DNA of 51,970 nt from an uncultured Gammaproteobacteria bacterium (GTDB lineage: Bacteria; Patescibacteriota; Patescibacteriia; Buchananbacterales; UBA6539). This document shows, piece after piece, positions 23,085 through 33,323 of this stretch. Position 1 is the first letter of the stretch. Each line of letters starts with the position of its first letter. Location of the stretch: NCBI GenBank assembly GCA_964540635.1, contig CAZINP010000004.1, forward strand, positions 1,336-53,305. Direction: 5' to 3'. Below the pieces are notes generated by a model. That model worked only from the letters and a program-made list of their open reading frames with translations. It was not told the origin of the DNA and made no database searches. The position numbers and the translations under genes are program-made.

Positions 23085-24074
23085 ATGATTATATTTTTAT
23101 ACGGCCAAGATACTTTTCGTTCTCGCCAAAAATTGAAAGAGTTGAAAGAAAAGTTTACTCGAGAAATTGACAAATCCAATTTAAATTTGGAAATTTTGGA
23201 CGGTGCCAAACTTGACCTGGCTGAGTTTGAGCGAGCAATTAAGACGATGCCGTTTTTAGCCAAAAAAAGAATGGTGGTGGTGGAAGATTTTATTTCCAAA
23301 AATCGCAGCCCCAAAGCAGCCAAAGAAATTGTGGAAATTTTAGACAAAAAAACCCCGCCAGATTTAATTTTAATTTTTTGGGAAAGCCAAGATTTTGGCG
23401 CGAAAAAATTTACCAAAGGCAAAGCGCCCAAAACCGGCGGACCGCTTTTTGCGCGCTTGAGTCAAGAGCAATATTCTTATCAATTTGATTTGCTTGATTC
23501 TGCCGGCACTTTGGCTTGGGCAAGCAAACAATTCAAAGACCGGGATAAAAAGATTGCCGGCGACGCTTTGCGTTTGTTGGCTGAAATGATTGGCAATGAT
23601 TTGTGGCGCTTTAATTCAGAGATAGAGAAGCTGGTTAATTATAAAAAAGATCAAGAGATAAAATCGCAAGACGTAATGGAATTGGTTCAATCAAAGCTGG
23701 AAGAAGATATATTCAAATTAACTGATGCTCTCGGTCAAAAACAAAAGGCCTTGGCCTTGAAATTAATCGGTGATCAGCTAAAGAGCGGCACCAGCCCAAC
23801 AGAACTCTTGGCAAAAATCGCCTGGCAATTTAAAAATTTAATTTTGGTCAAAGATTTTATTGAAACAAACGGCGCTGGTTACGACCCGACCAGGCTTGGT
23901 TATCAACTCGGCCTTCATCCTTTTGTGATTAAAAAAACGGCCAATCAAGTTAAGAATTACGGCCTGGATGATTTAAAAAATATTTATCGTCAACTTTTGC
24001 AAATTGATCATCGCCTTAAATCAAGCCCGTTTTCGCCGGAATTAATGTTTGATTTATTGGTGGCAAAATTTTAA
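23085..24074 (+). CDS. holA: DNA polymerase III delta subunit
   Basis: MIIFLYGQDTF, TMPFLAKKRMVVV, GNDLWRFNSEIEKL, IFKLTDAL, LHPFVIKK. Confidence 0.92.
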   Translation: MIIFLYGQDTFRSRQKLKELKEKFTREIDKSNLNLEILDGAKLDLAEFERAIKTMPFLAKKRMVVVEDFISKNRSPKAAKEIVEILDKKTPPDLILIFWESQDFGAKKFTKGKAPKTGGPLFARLSQEQYSYQFDLLDSAGTLAWASKQFKDRDKKIAGDALRLLAEMIGNDLWRFNSEIEKLVNYKKDQEIKSQDVMELVQSKLEEDIFKLTDALGQKQKALALKLIGDQLKSGTSPTELLAKIAWQFKNLILVKDFIETNGAGYDPTRLGYQLGLHPFVIKKTANQVKNYGLDDLKNIYRQLLQIDHRLKSSPFSPELMFDLLVAKF

Positions 24075-24084
24075 TTTTTATAAT

Positions 24085-24118
24085 AAAAAAACTCCCCGAT
24101 TCAATCGGGGAGTTTTTT
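24085..24118. terminator. Bidirectional terminator holA/rpsT
   Basis: AAAAAAACTCCCCGAT-TCA-ATCGGGGAGTTTTTT. Confidence 0.88.
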
Positions 24119-24124
24119 GAGTAA

Positions 24125-24391
24125 TTATTTTTTGAGAGAATTGACCAAACCGGCTAAGCGTGATTTGCGTCTGGCAACGGCGTTTTTTTTCAGAATCTTT
24201 TTCTGAACCGCCTTATCCATTTTCTTGGCCGCTTGTCTTAACCATTCTTTGGCCTTGCTTTCATCTTTTTTGGTCACTGAAAGTCTGACTTTTCTGACTA
24301 AAGCCGTAATATCGCTTTTAATTTTTCGATTTCTTTCAGCGCGTTTTTTATTCTGTCTCAAATCTTTAAATGCAGCTTTTTTTGCAGGCAT
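24125..24391 (-). CDS. rpsT: 30S ribosomal protein S20
   Basis: MPAKKAAFKDLRQNKKRAERN...MDKAVQKKILKKNAVARRKSRL; start at ATG 24391. Confidence 0.95.
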   Translation of the reverse strand: MPAKKAAFKDLRQNKKRAERNRKIKSDITALVRKVRLSVTKKDESKAKEWLRQAAKKMDKAVQKKILKKNAVARRKSRLAGLVNSLKK

Positions 24392-24622
24392 AGTATAACG
24401 AATAATGTTTAACTTTTGTAGAATAACACAATATTTGATTTTTGGCAAGGGATTGACGATTGCTTGAAGCCAATGGTGCTTCATTATTAATAATTAATAT
24501 TTTTCTCTAGAAAAAATTGCTTGGTTGATTGTTTTTTTGATTTTCCTTAATTGACACAAAGTAGATAAATAAGTAAAATTAAGACAGAAAATAAAATATT
24601 AAAAACTAACTGAACCAAAAAT

Positions 24623-25042
24623 ATGTTCAAAAAAGAAGGTGAAAATGAAATCGAAACAATAATTGGTCCTTCAGTCCAAGTTGAAGGCAGTTTTGTTTCA
24701 AGCGGTGATATGATCATTGAGGGCACGGTTTCAGGCAGCATTAAGACTGAAAGCAATTTGCGGGTCGGTAAGGACGCCAAAATCATTGCCGACATAACCG
24801 CGGCCAATGCCGTAATCGCCGGCGAAGTTCAGGGTGAAGTGAGGATTAAAGACAATCTTGAATTAACAGCAACGGCTAAAATTTTTGGTGATGTGAAAAC
24901 CAAATTGATTAAAATTGACGAAGGAGCGGTTTTGCAGGGTCGTTTGTCGGCCGGTGAAGACAGAAAGTCAAAAGTTGAAAAGATTGAAGACAGAGAAAAG
25001 CAACATAAAGCCAAAGAAAAAGCCCCGGAAGCCTTGGTCTAA
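24623..25042 (+). CDS. Bactofilin (polymer-forming cytoskeletal protein)
   Basis: ETIIGPSVQVEGSF...IEGTVSG...VIAGEVQG...IFGDV....IKIDEGAVLQG. Confidence 0.9.
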   Translation: MFKKEGENEIETIIGPSVQVEGSFVSSGDMIIEGTVSGSIKTESNLRVGKDAKIIADITAANAVIAGEVQGEVRIKDNLELTATAKIFGDVKTKLIKIDEGAVLQGRLSAGEDRKSKVEKIEDREKQHKAKEKAPEALV

Positions 25043-25067
25043 TTTTTCCTCTTGGGATTAAGGTTTT

Positions 25068-25832
25068 ATGTATTTATATTTATACGACCAATTTTTGAAT
25101 AGCAAGCGCTATGGCAGCCTTTTGCCGCGAATCGAAACCAGATTAACTGATTTGGGTATTGGCGGTAAGATTTTTCGTTTGTCGCCTTTGCGCAATATTA
25201 ATGAAATTGTTGTTGATGAGGTTAGAAACGGTGTTAAGACGATTGTGGCGGTGGGAAACGACAAGACAGTTGCTTCTGTTGTTAATGCCTGTGCCAAATT
25301 GGATGTAACTTTTGGCATTATTCCGGTTGGTTCAGAAAACGAGATTGCTTCAAGTTTGGGTGTAAATTCCGCCACTGAAGCCTGTAATATTTTGGCCTCA
25401 CGCGTTATTGAAAAGATTGATTTGGGCAAAGTCAATGAAACTTATTTCATTTCTCATTTAAAATTATCCTCCGGCAAGCTGTCAATTGAATGTGAGCAGC
25501 AGTATAATTTATTTCCGGCCAAGGGTTCGGAAGTTTTAATTTGCAATATTCGTCCGCAGGCAGTCAGCGGTTTTAGCGCCAAAAAATATTTTGATCCCCG
25601 AGACGGTAATTTGGAAATTTATATTGGTCCGGCGCAAAAAAATACTTGGAGCTTTTTTGGCAAAAGCCAAGCCGCTCAGGCTAGTCTAATCCCGTTTAAA
25701 AAAATTGAAATCAAAGGAAAAGATTCTGCCTCGGTTGTTACCGAAGGTCAAAAGACAATCAAACCGCCAGTTCAGATTGAAGCCATACCTTTAAATTTTA
25801 AAGTAATTGTCGGTAAGCGACGCGTTTTTTAA
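25068..25832 (+). CDS. Diacylglycerol kinase catalytic-domain (YegS-like) protein
   Basis: IVAVGNDKTV, FGIIPVGSENEIASSLG, IDLGKVN; GGDGT motif degenerate. Confidence 0.7.
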   Translation: MYLYLYDQFLNSKRYGSLLPRIETRLTDLGIGGKIFRLSPLRNINEIVVDEVRNGVKTIVAVGNDKTVASVVNACAKLDVTFGIIPVGSENEIASSLGVNSATEACNILASRVIEKIDLGKVNETYFISHLKLSSGKLSIECEQQYNLFPAKGSEVLICNIRPQAVSGFSAKKYFDPRDGNLEIYIGPAQKNTWSFFGKSQAAQASLIPFKKIEIKGKDSASVVTEGQKTIKPPVQIEAIPLNFKVIVGKRRVF

Positions 25833-25921
25833 CATTTTTTACAACCAAAGCTTAAGGGGCTTTGTTTTTTTATATAAAAAAACCGAGAGCAAGCTCTCGG
25901 CAATGAGCTATCAATCAATTC

Positions 25922-26248
25922 TCAACCTTTCGGCGCTAAATATGCGCCGCAAGGACAAAAACAAACCGATTGATTTGGTTTGACCGGCGCCAGGTCAACA
26001 AACGCCGTCCCCTCATCAATTCTCGCGGGCAACATGAATTCAAAAAGTCGAACCTCTTGTGCCGCGGTTTTTTGCTGGCAGCAAGGGCAGTGAACTTGTC
26101 TGATTCTGCCGTTAGTCATGGAGTGGTGGGTAAATAATTTATTCTGGCCAGGCAGGAGCGCCTTCCAGCCCATACCCGATTTGGGCGATTTACAAAGAAC
26201 AAAAAAAGCCGCAGGCAAAATCAGGGCAAATCCGAACAACCGTCTCAT
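25922..26248 (-). CDS. Hypothetical Cys-rich protein with hydrophobic N-terminus
   Basis: AAAGGA upstream; own TTGACT-17-TAAAAT promoter; HCPCC and CFCPC motifs; hairpin CCGAGAGC-AA-GCTCTCGG downstream. Confidence 0.6.
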   Translation of the reverse strand: MRRLFGFALILPAAFFVLCKSPKSGMGWKALLPGQNKLFTHHSMTNGRIRQVHCPCCQQKTAAQEVRLFEFMLPARIDEGTAFVDLAPVKPNQSVCFCPCGAYLAPKG

Positions 26249-26300
26249 CTGGTAAATTCCTTTCGTCAGTCGGTTTGGGTTTTATAGCGGTCAAAAAAAC

Positions 26301-26365
26301 ATTTTATAGATTTTTTAAGTTTTAGTCAAGTATAAATTGACTTTTTTGCCATTTTTCTTTAAAAT
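26301..26365. promoter_or_regulatory. Back-to-back sigma70 promoters (108-aa gene and ileS)
   Basis: Minus TTGACT-17-TAAAAT (26329-26301); plus TTGACT-17-TAAAAT (26337-26365). Confidence 0.75.
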
Positions 26366-26394
26366 TAAGCCATATTTTAACTTAATTTTATTTT

Positions 26395-29280
26395 ATGGAT
26401 AATCGTACGCTTGAAAGAGAAAAGCAAACTCTAAAATATTGGCAAGATAATCAGATTTTTCAAAAATCTTTAAAGAAAAAATCGCCTAAAGGCGACTATG
26501 TTTTTTATGATGGTCCGCCCTTTGCCACCGGTACGCCCCACTACGGCCACATTGTCGCTTCTTTAATGAAAGATGCAGTGCCGCGTTTTTGGACAATGAA
26601 CGGCTATCATGTCGCGCGCCGTTGGGGTTGGGATTGCCATGGCTTGCCGGTGGAAAACTTAATTGAAAAGGAATTAAAAATTGAAAGCAAAAAACAAATA
26701 GAAGAAGAGGTGAGTGTCTGCGGTTTTAATGAAGCTTGCAAGTTAAGCGTCATGCGTTATGCGCAGGTTTGGAAAGATTTTATTCCCAAGATCGGGCGCT
26801 GGGTTGATATGGATGATGATTACAAAACCATGGATCCGCATTATATGGAAAGTATTTGGTGGGTTTTCAAAACCTTGTTTGATAAAGGTTTGATTTATGA
26901 AGGCTATAAATCAATGCACATTTGCCCCAGATGCGATACCACGCTTTCTAATTTTGAAGTGACTCAAGGTTATAAAGATATTAAAGATTTGTCAGTCATT
27001 GCCAAGTTTGAATTAAAAGACAAGCCGGGAACTTTTGTTTTGGCTTGGACAACCACGCCTTGGACTTTGCCTGGCAACGTCGCTTTGGCGGTAGGAAAAG
27101 ATATTGATTATGTTTGTTTGGAAATACCCGTAGGATTTAATCCAAGCGAATATGATATGGATTTGGAGATTGAGCCTGGTAATTATATATTTTCTGAAGA
27201 GTCAGCAAAAAATAATAATAGTGATAAACTTCACAAATTACACTTTTTAACTTACCAGGACAATATAAATTCGAAAAAGTTTAAAGGTTCAGATTTAATT
27301 GGGAAAAAATATCAACCGCTTTTTGATTATTATCTTAATGCGGATTTGGCAAACAAAGAAAATATTTACACCATTCAAGCCGCTGATTTTGTCAGCACCG
27401 AGGACGGCACGGGCGTGGTTCATATTGCCCCGGGCTTTGGCCAGGACGATTTGAATTTGGGGATTGAAAAAAAATTGCCCACGATTTTACATGTTAATCC
27501 TCAGGGTCAATTCAAAGCCGAGGTTAAGGATTTTGCCGGTTTGAACGTTAAGCCTAAGGATGATGTTTCGGCCGCAGACAAAAAGGTGATTGAGTACCTG
27601 AAAGACAAAAAATTGCTTTTTGCCGTTGAGGAATATGAACACAGTTATCCGCACTGTTGGCGCTGCGACACCCCGCTTTTGAATTACGCTACGTCTTCTT
27701 GGTTTGTTAAAGTCACGGATATCAAAAAAGATTTGATTAAAAACAACAAAAAAGTTTCTTGGACACCGGCGCATTTGCGCGATGGGCGGTTTGGGAAATG
27801 GTTGGAAAACGCCACGGACTGGGCGATTTCGCGCCAGCGCTATTGGGGCGCGCCCTTGCCGGTTTGGAAGTGCGATTGTGGCCAAATCATAACCGTTGGC
27901 AGCATTAAAGAACTGGAAGAATTATCCGGCAATGAAGTTAAAGATTTGCACAAGCATATTGTTGATGAAATAAAAATCAAATGTGATAAGTGCGGCCAAG
28001 AAGCCAAGCGTATTCCTGATGTTTTAGATTGCTGGTTTGAGTCCGGTTCAATGCCGTATGCTCAGGTTCATTATCCGTTTGAAAACAAGAAATGGTTTGA
28101 AGAAAATTTCCCGGCTGAATTTATCGCCGAAGGTGTGGATCAAACTCGCGGCTGGTTTTATACTTTAATGGTTTTATCAACCGCCTTGTTTAACAAGCCG
28201 GCGTTTGAGAACGTGATTGTTAATGGAATTGTTTTGGCCGAAGACGGACAAAAAATGTCCAAGCGTTTAAAAAATTATCCTGAGCCGGATTTGATTGTTG
28301 ATAAATACGGGGCTGATGCGCTGCGTTATTACTTATTGACTTCGCCGGTAATGGAAGCTGAGACCTTAAATTTTTCCGAAGAAGGTGTAAAGGAAGCGTT
28401 GCAGAAATTAATTATGCTTTCTGGTAATGTTTTGAGTTTTTACAAAATGTATGAGCAAGGCAATAAGATAAAAGTGCTGGATTCCAAAAACATTTTGGAT
28501 AAATGGATTTTGGCAAAATTGAATCAGCTGATTTTTGAAGTTACCCAGAACATGGAAAAATACGATTTGGTTCGTTCCGCCAGGCCGCTGCAGGATTTTG
28601 TAAATGAACTTTCCACTTGGTATTTGCGCCGTTCTCGCGATAGGTTTAAAGACGGCGATGAGCCGGGAATTAATACACTTGGTTTTGTCTTAAGAGAATT
28701 TGCCAAGGTCAGCGCGCCATTCGTGCCGTTTCTAGCCGAGCATCTTTATCAGTCGGTTTGTGATGATTTTGAGTCGGTGCATTTGGAGCAATGGCCAAAA
28801 GCGAATAAAAAGTTAATTGATGAAAAATTATTGGCTGAAATGGAATTAACTCGCCAAATTGTAGAGAAGGGTTTGGCGGCCAGAGCCAATGCCGGCATTA
28901 AGATTCGTCAGCCGCTCTCTTTTTATGCCACGAATTTAACCAAATCTTTGGATAAAGAGTTGGTTGAACTCATCAAGGACGAATTAAATGTCAAAGAAAT
29001 TAAATTTGGCAAAGAAGAAAAACTGGACTTGGAGATTACCGAAGAATTAAAACAAGAAGGTTTGGTCAGGGAGGTGGTCAGACAAATTAATCAGAAAAGA
29101 AAAGATTTATCTTTGACGGTAAATGACAAGGTGCCGGTTTATCAAGTCGGTCTGGATGAGTTGTTTGCCAAATATGGCGAGCAGATTAAAAAGTTATCGG
29201 GTGCCAGTGAAATTATTAATCAAGAAATTCCGGAAATGAAAGATATTGAGGGTGGAAAAATCGGGATTAAAATTAATTAA
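26395..29280 (+). CDS. ileS: Isoleucine-tRNA ligase (IleRS2 type)
   Basis: DGPPFATGTPHYGH, WTTTPWTLPGN, WAISRQRYWG, KMSKRLKNY. Confidence 0.97.
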   Translation: MDNRTLEREKQTLKYWQDNQIFQKSLKKKSPKGDYVFYDGPPFATGTPHYGHIVASLMKDAVPRFWTMNGYHVARRWGWDCHGLPVENLIEKELKIESKKQIEEEVSVCGFNEACKLSVMRYAQVWKDFIPKIGRWVDMDDDYKTMDPHYMESIWWVFKTLFDKGLIYEGYKSMHICPRCDTTLSNFEVTQGYKDIKDLSVIAKFELKDKPGTFVLAWTTTPWTLPGNVALAVGKDIDYVCLEIPVGFNPSEYDMDLEIEPGNYIFSEESAKNNNSDKLHKLHFLTYQDNINSKKFKGSDLIGKKYQPLFDYYLNADLANKENIYTIQAADFVSTEDGTGVVHIAPGFGQDDLNLGIEKKLPTILHVNPQGQFKAEVKDFAGLNVKPKDDVSAADKKVIEYLKDKKLLFAVEEYEHSYPHCWRCDTPLLNYATSSWFVKVTDIKKDLIKNNKKVSWTPAHLRDGRFGKWLENATDWAISRQRYWGAPLPVWKCDCGQIITVGSIKELEELSGNEVKDLHKHIVDEIKIKCDKCGQEAKRIPDVLDCWFESGSMPYAQVHYPFENKKWFEENFPAEFIAEGVDQTRGWFYTLMVLSTALFNKPAFENVIVNGIVLAEDGQKMSKRLKNYPEPDLIVDKYGADALRYYLLTSPVMEAETLNFSEEGVKEALQKLIMLSGNVLSFYKMYEQGNKIKVLDSKNILDKWILAKLNQLIFEVTQNMEKYDLVRSARPLQDFVNELSTWYLRRSRDRFKDGDEPGINTLGFVLREFAKVSAPFVPFLAEHLYQSVCDDFESVHLEQWPKANKKLIDEKLLAEMELTRQIVEKGLAARANAGIKIRQPLSFYATNLTKSLDKELVELIKDELNVKEIKFGKEEKLDLEITEELKQEGLVREVVRQINQKRKDLSLTVNDKVPVYQVGLDELFAKYGEQIKKLSGASEIINQEIPEMKDIEGGKIGIKIN

Positions 29281-29294
29281 TTTTGGATATAAGT

Positions 29295-30269
29295 ATGAAC
29301 ATTCAACAAATCTACGAATTGGGCGTTAAGCTCGGAATTCAAAACGATTTAAGGGGGGAGCAAAAAGTAAAAAAGATTCTTAGCAGATCAAAAGAGCGAT
29401 ATGATAAATTAAGCGCCGAGAAGAAGTCGGAGTTTGATTTGGAAAAATTAAAAAATCCTTACTCAGACACCAGACTTTTGCATGATACCAAAAAAGAAAT
29501 TAAAAAGGTGATGGTGGGTATTGATATTCAGCCGGCCGAATTGATTATTGCCAAACAACTTGGAGTTGATTTGGTTATTGCTCATCATCCTTCGGGTGCG
29601 GCCTTGGCTGATTTGGGTGATGTGATGCATTTGCAGGCTGACGTTTTAGCGCAATACGGCGTGCCGATAAATATTGCTGAAGCTTTAACCAAGGAACGAA
29701 TTTCCGAAGTGGCGCGTGGCGTTTCGGCTTCTAACCATTATCGCACGGTTGATGCGGCCAAGCTTTTGGATATTGGTTTGATTTGCGTTCACACTCCTTG
29801 TGATAATATGGCCGCAACCTTTTTGGAAAATTTAATCAAAAAAGGCAAACCAGAAACCGTTGGTGATATTATCAGGATTTTAAAAACCGTGCCGGAATAT
29901 CAGGAAGCCATCAGGCGCAAGGCCGGACCAAAAATATTTGCGGGCCATGAAGAAAATTCCACCGGCAAAATTGTAGTCACTGAAATCACCGGCGGAACCG
30001 AAGGAGCGGTTGGTATTTATGAAAAAATGTCTCATGCCGGTATTGGCACGGTAATTGGAATGCACATGGACGAAGAAAGAAAGCGCGAAGCGCAAAAATA
30101 TCATATTAATGTTGTTATTGCTGGTCATATTTCTTCTGATTCTCTAGGCGTTAATCATTTTTTGGATGAACTTGAGAAAAAAGGAATTGAGATTGTGCCA
30201 TGCTCTGGCTTAATTCGCATCAGCCGAGCCAAGAAAAAAAAAATAGAAACCAATATTTCATTAAATTAA
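29295..30269 (+). CDS. Nif3/NGG1p-interacting-factor-like (DUF34) metal-binding protein
   Basis: GIDI...LVIAHHP, HTPCDN, GMH, IAGHISSDSLG. Confidence 0.75.
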   Translation: MNIQQIYELGVKLGIQNDLRGEQKVKKILSRSKERYDKLSAEKKSEFDLEKLKNPYSDTRLLHDTKKEIKKVMVGIDIQPAELIIAKQLGVDLVIAHHPSGAALADLGDVMHLQADVLAQYGVPINIAEALTKERISEVARGVSASNHYRTVDAAKLLDIGLICVHTPCDNMAATFLENLIKKGKPETVGDIIRILKTVPEYQEAIRRKAGPKIFAGHEENSTGKIVVTEITGGTEGAVGIYEKMSHAGIGTVIGMHMDEERKREAQKYHINVVIAGHISSDSLGVNHFLDELEKKGIEIVPCSGLIRISRAKKKKIETNISLN

Positions 30270-30302
30270 AAAATCTCCTCCGATTAACGGAGGAGATTTT
30301 TT
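30268..30302. terminator. Bidirectional terminator
   Basis: AAAAAATCTCCTCCG-ATTAA-CGGAGGAGATTTTTT. Confidence 0.88.
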
Positions 30303-30316
30303 AATTGAAGTAGAGA

Positions 30317-30829
30317 TTATTCAGCAGGAGTGGGAACCGCTTCGTCTTCGGTCGGGACAGTTTCGGCAGTATCTTCGGCGGGAGCGGCTGCTTGGTCGCC
30401 TGTGGTAGCTTGCATCTGAGCCTGGTATTGCTTGTATTGATCTTTCATATCGGCAATGTCAATTACCTGCGGAATGAAAACTTTTCCATCTTTGGTAACA
30501 AAGACAACCTGATCGGTCGGCTGACCGTCGGCAGTCATAACAAAAGTAACCTCATATAAACCATTTTTTTCAACAACACCTTTTAAAGTAACCTGACCAA
30601 CTCTTTCGCCGTAAACCTCATTGATGAAATCGATTAAGTCGCTGGCTGCCTTGTCGCTTTTAACAATTACCATATCCCCTTTGTTTAAAAGAGCGCTGCC
30701 GCCTAAAAGCATAAAAGCAACGACGCCGACTAAAGCAACGGCCAAAACAATGGTGGTGATCATCCAAACATTCATTGGTTTGCCCGGTAAAGCCTTGGGA
30801 GTTGGCATGGTTTTTTCAACTGGACTCAT
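30317..30829 (-). CDS. Single-pass membrane protein, DsbC N-terminal-like domain
   Basis: One TM; EKNGLYEVTF...VFVTKDGKVFIPQVIDI; no CxxC. Confidence 0.55.
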   Translation of the reverse strand: MSPVEKTMPTPKALPGKPMNVWMITTIVLAVALVGVVAFMLLGGSALLNKGDMVIVKSDKAASDLIDFINEVYGERVGQVTLKGVVEKNGLYEVTFVMTADGQPTDQVVFVTKDGKVFIPQVIDIADMKDQYKQYQAQMQATTGDQAAAPAEDTAETVPTEDEAVPTPAE

Positions 30830-30951
30830 AATTTTTTAACTTAATTATTATTAATAATAAAGCAATTATAGCATATCCTTGAGATGACAACAAGTTTTTA
30901 GTGATTTTGTAAAATTGAAAATTAGACTTTCTTTTGATATACTTTATTTAT

Positions 30952-31557
30952 ATGATTGCATCGCTTAACGGAAAAATTATCTACAAAAGCCCTGAATTAC
31001 GCAAGGATTCTTATTTTATTGTTGAGACTGCCGGTGTTGGGTTTAAGGTTCATTTGCCGACCAGTAATCTTTCTCAGGTTAATGAGGGTGATTTGGTTTC
31101 TGTTTATACCTATTTGGCGGTTTCAGAAACAGCTTTGGATCTGTATGGTTTTTTGAATCCGGCTGATAAGACATTTTTTACTCTGCTTTTAGAGGTGCCA
31201 GGCATTGGGCCAAAATCGGCAATGAACATTTTGGAAAAAACGACGATGAAAGATGTGCAGCAAGCAATAATGGAAGACAATCATGAAATTCTAACCAAGG
31301 TTTCTGGTCTGGGTCAAAAGACGGCAGAAAAAATTATTATGGCTTTGCGCGACAAGGTGCCAAGCATAACCGTCAGATCAAAAAATGATAAAGGTCAGGT
31401 TCAAGAGAATTCAGACCTTGATGTGTTTGATGCTTTGGTCTCATTTGGTTATACGAATGCGGAGGCCAAAAAGGTGCTTTCTCAGATTGATTCCAGTATT
31501 ATTGACCCCGGCCAGCGAGTTAAAGAAGCGCTTAAGATTTTAGGAAAGAAAAAATAG
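30952..31557 (+). CDS. ruvA: Holliday junction branch migration protein RuvA
   Basis: MIASLNG, VETAGVGFKV, LDLYGF, VPGIGPKSA, VSGLGQKTAEKII. Confidence 0.95.
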   Translation: MIASLNGKIIYKSPELRKDSYFIVETAGVGFKVHLPTSNLSQVNEGDLVSVYTYLAVSETALDLYGFLNPADKTFFTLLLEVPGIGPKSAMNILEKTTMKDVQQAIMEDNHEILTKVSGLGQKTAEKIIMALRDKVPSITVRSKNDKGQVQENSDLDVFDALVSFGYTNAEAKKVLSQIDSSIIDPGQRVKEALKILGKKK

Positions 31558-31571
31558 CTCAAAAGATAATT

Positions 31572-32894
31572 ATGTTTTTTTGGATAAAAAAAATAGTTCC
31601 CAAGCCAATATTTAAAATTTATCATTATACTCTTGCTCAAGCGGCAAGGTTATTTTACAATTCGCCCTCAGAAAAATTAATCGTTATCGGCGTAACCGGC
31701 ACTTCCGGGAAAACAACAGTTGTGTATTTGATAACCAAAATTTTGGAAAGAGCCGGTTTTCGAGTTGGCTGCTCGTCAACGGTGATGTTTAAGGTGGGCA
31801 AGAAAGAATGGTTGAATGATAAAAAAATGACCATGGTCGGCCGTTTTGCTTTACAAAAACTTTTAAAGCAAATGGTTAAAGAAAATTGTCAGTACGCCGT
31901 TATTGAAACGACTTCCCAAGGAATTGAGCAGTATCGTCACACCGGTATAAATTATGATACGGTTGTTTTTACCAATTTGTACCCGGAACATATTCAGGCG
32001 CATGGCAGTTTTGAAAACTATAAAAAAGCAAAGCTCAAGTTATTTGCCAAATTGGAGGATGAGGATTCAAAAAAGTTTGCCGGTTTGCCGGTTAAAAAAA
32101 CAATTATTGCCAATTTGGATGACGAGCACGCAAAAGATTTTTTAAACAATTGGGCAGATGAAAAAATCGGCTTCACCCTTGAGAGTAAAAAGAATGACGA
32201 AGTAAAAGTTATTGACGTGCTAAATTCAAGCACGAGTGCTGAAGGTATAGAATTTTATGTTCAGGATCAGAAATTTTCGGTTAATCGTTTTGGGCGACAT
32301 AATATTTATAATTGTGCGGCGGCGATTGCTGTTGGTTTAACTCAAGACTTAAGCCTTGAATCAATGGCTGCAAATTTGAAGACCTTGCCGCAGATGCCCG
32401 GAAATTTTGAGTTAATTCAAGAAGGACAGAATTTTAAAGTTATTGTGGATTACGCTTTTGAGCCAAAAGCGGTTGAGTCGTTATATGGCATTGTTAAAAA
32501 TATTTCCCACAATAATATTATTCACGTACTTGGTTCAACCGGCGGGGGACGGGATAAGGCGCGTCGGCCGATTCTGGGTAAGTTAGCCGGTGAGAATGCC
32601 GATTACGTAATTGTGGCAAATGAGGACCCATATGACGAAGATCCGGCTGAAATTATTGAACAGGTTTTGGCCGGTGCCAAAAGCGCAGGCAAGAAGTTAA
32701 ATGTAAATTTGTTTAAATATCTTGATAGGCGCCAGGCAATTGCCAAGGCATTAAGCCTGGCCAACGAAAATGATTTGGTTTTAATCACCGGCAAAGGCAG
32801 CGAACAAGCCATTGTGGTCAAAAAGAACAAAAAAATTCCGTGGGATGACAGAACGGTTGTCAGAGAAGAGCTAAAAAAGAAAGTATCATCTTAG
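31572..32894 (+). CDS. murE: UDP-N-acetylmuramyl-tripeptide synthetase
   Basis: IGVTGTSGKTT, IETTSQG, FTNLYPEHIQAH, VIVDYA, GGGRDKARRPILG, LITGKGSE. Confidence 0.9.
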   Translation: MFFWIKKIVPKPIFKIYHYTLAQAARLFYNSPSEKLIVIGVTGTSGKTTVVYLITKILERAGFRVGCSSTVMFKVGKKEWLNDKKMTMVGRFALQKLLKQMVKENCQYAVIETTSQGIEQYRHTGINYDTVVFTNLYPEHIQAHGSFENYKKAKLKLFAKLEDEDSKKFAGLPVKKTIIANLDDEHAKDFLNNWADEKIGFTLESKKNDEVKVIDVLNSSTSAEGIEFYVQDQKFSVNRFGRHNIYNCAAAIAVGLTQDLSLESMAANLKTLPQMPGNFELIQEGQNFKVIVDYAFEPKAVESLYGIVKNISHNNIIHVLGSTGGGRDKARRPILGKLAGENADYVIVANEDPYDEDPAEIIEQVLAGAKSAGKKLNVNLFKYLDRRQAIAKALSLANENDLVLITGKGSEQAIVVKKNKKIPWDDRTVVREELKKKVSS

Positions 32895-33086
32895 TATATT
32901 TTACCGAACAGCTTTGTATTTTTTAAGTAAAATCAGGCTGTTTTATTTTTGTGATTGTAACAAACTTGCGTTCTGAAAAAGATTTTTTTTCGTTTTTTGT
33001 TTATTGTGGATAAAATAAGCGTTAAATCATAAAAATGTTTAAATTTAGCAAAAAAAATAAATATTGACAAATTATTAATAAGTTAT

Positions 33087-33115
33087 TTGACAAATTTTTG
33101 TTATTCTGCTATTAT
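33087..33115 (+). promoter_or_regulatory. sigma70 promoter for rpoBC
   Basis: TTGACA-17-TATTAT with TG extension; a second TTGACA at 33064. Confidence 0.7.
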
Positions 33116-33323
33116 TTTAGAGTTCAAACCATTATTGAAAAAAGGTTTTTTGTTTCCCCGCTATTTCGAACAAGCGACCAAAAAATTTAATATCATTTTA
33201 TAGTGGGCCTTTTTTTCCTAAGAAAATAGAAAATTCATTTACTAAACTCGCATCACTTTGGTGGTGGGAGAAATTTTTGTTGTTTTTTATCTTTATATAT
33301 TAAAAATAAGTTTAATAATCTCT

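Noticed and set aside
26366-26394. T-box before ileS
   Set aside because: The predicted leader is only about 25 nt, with no T-box motif or terminator.
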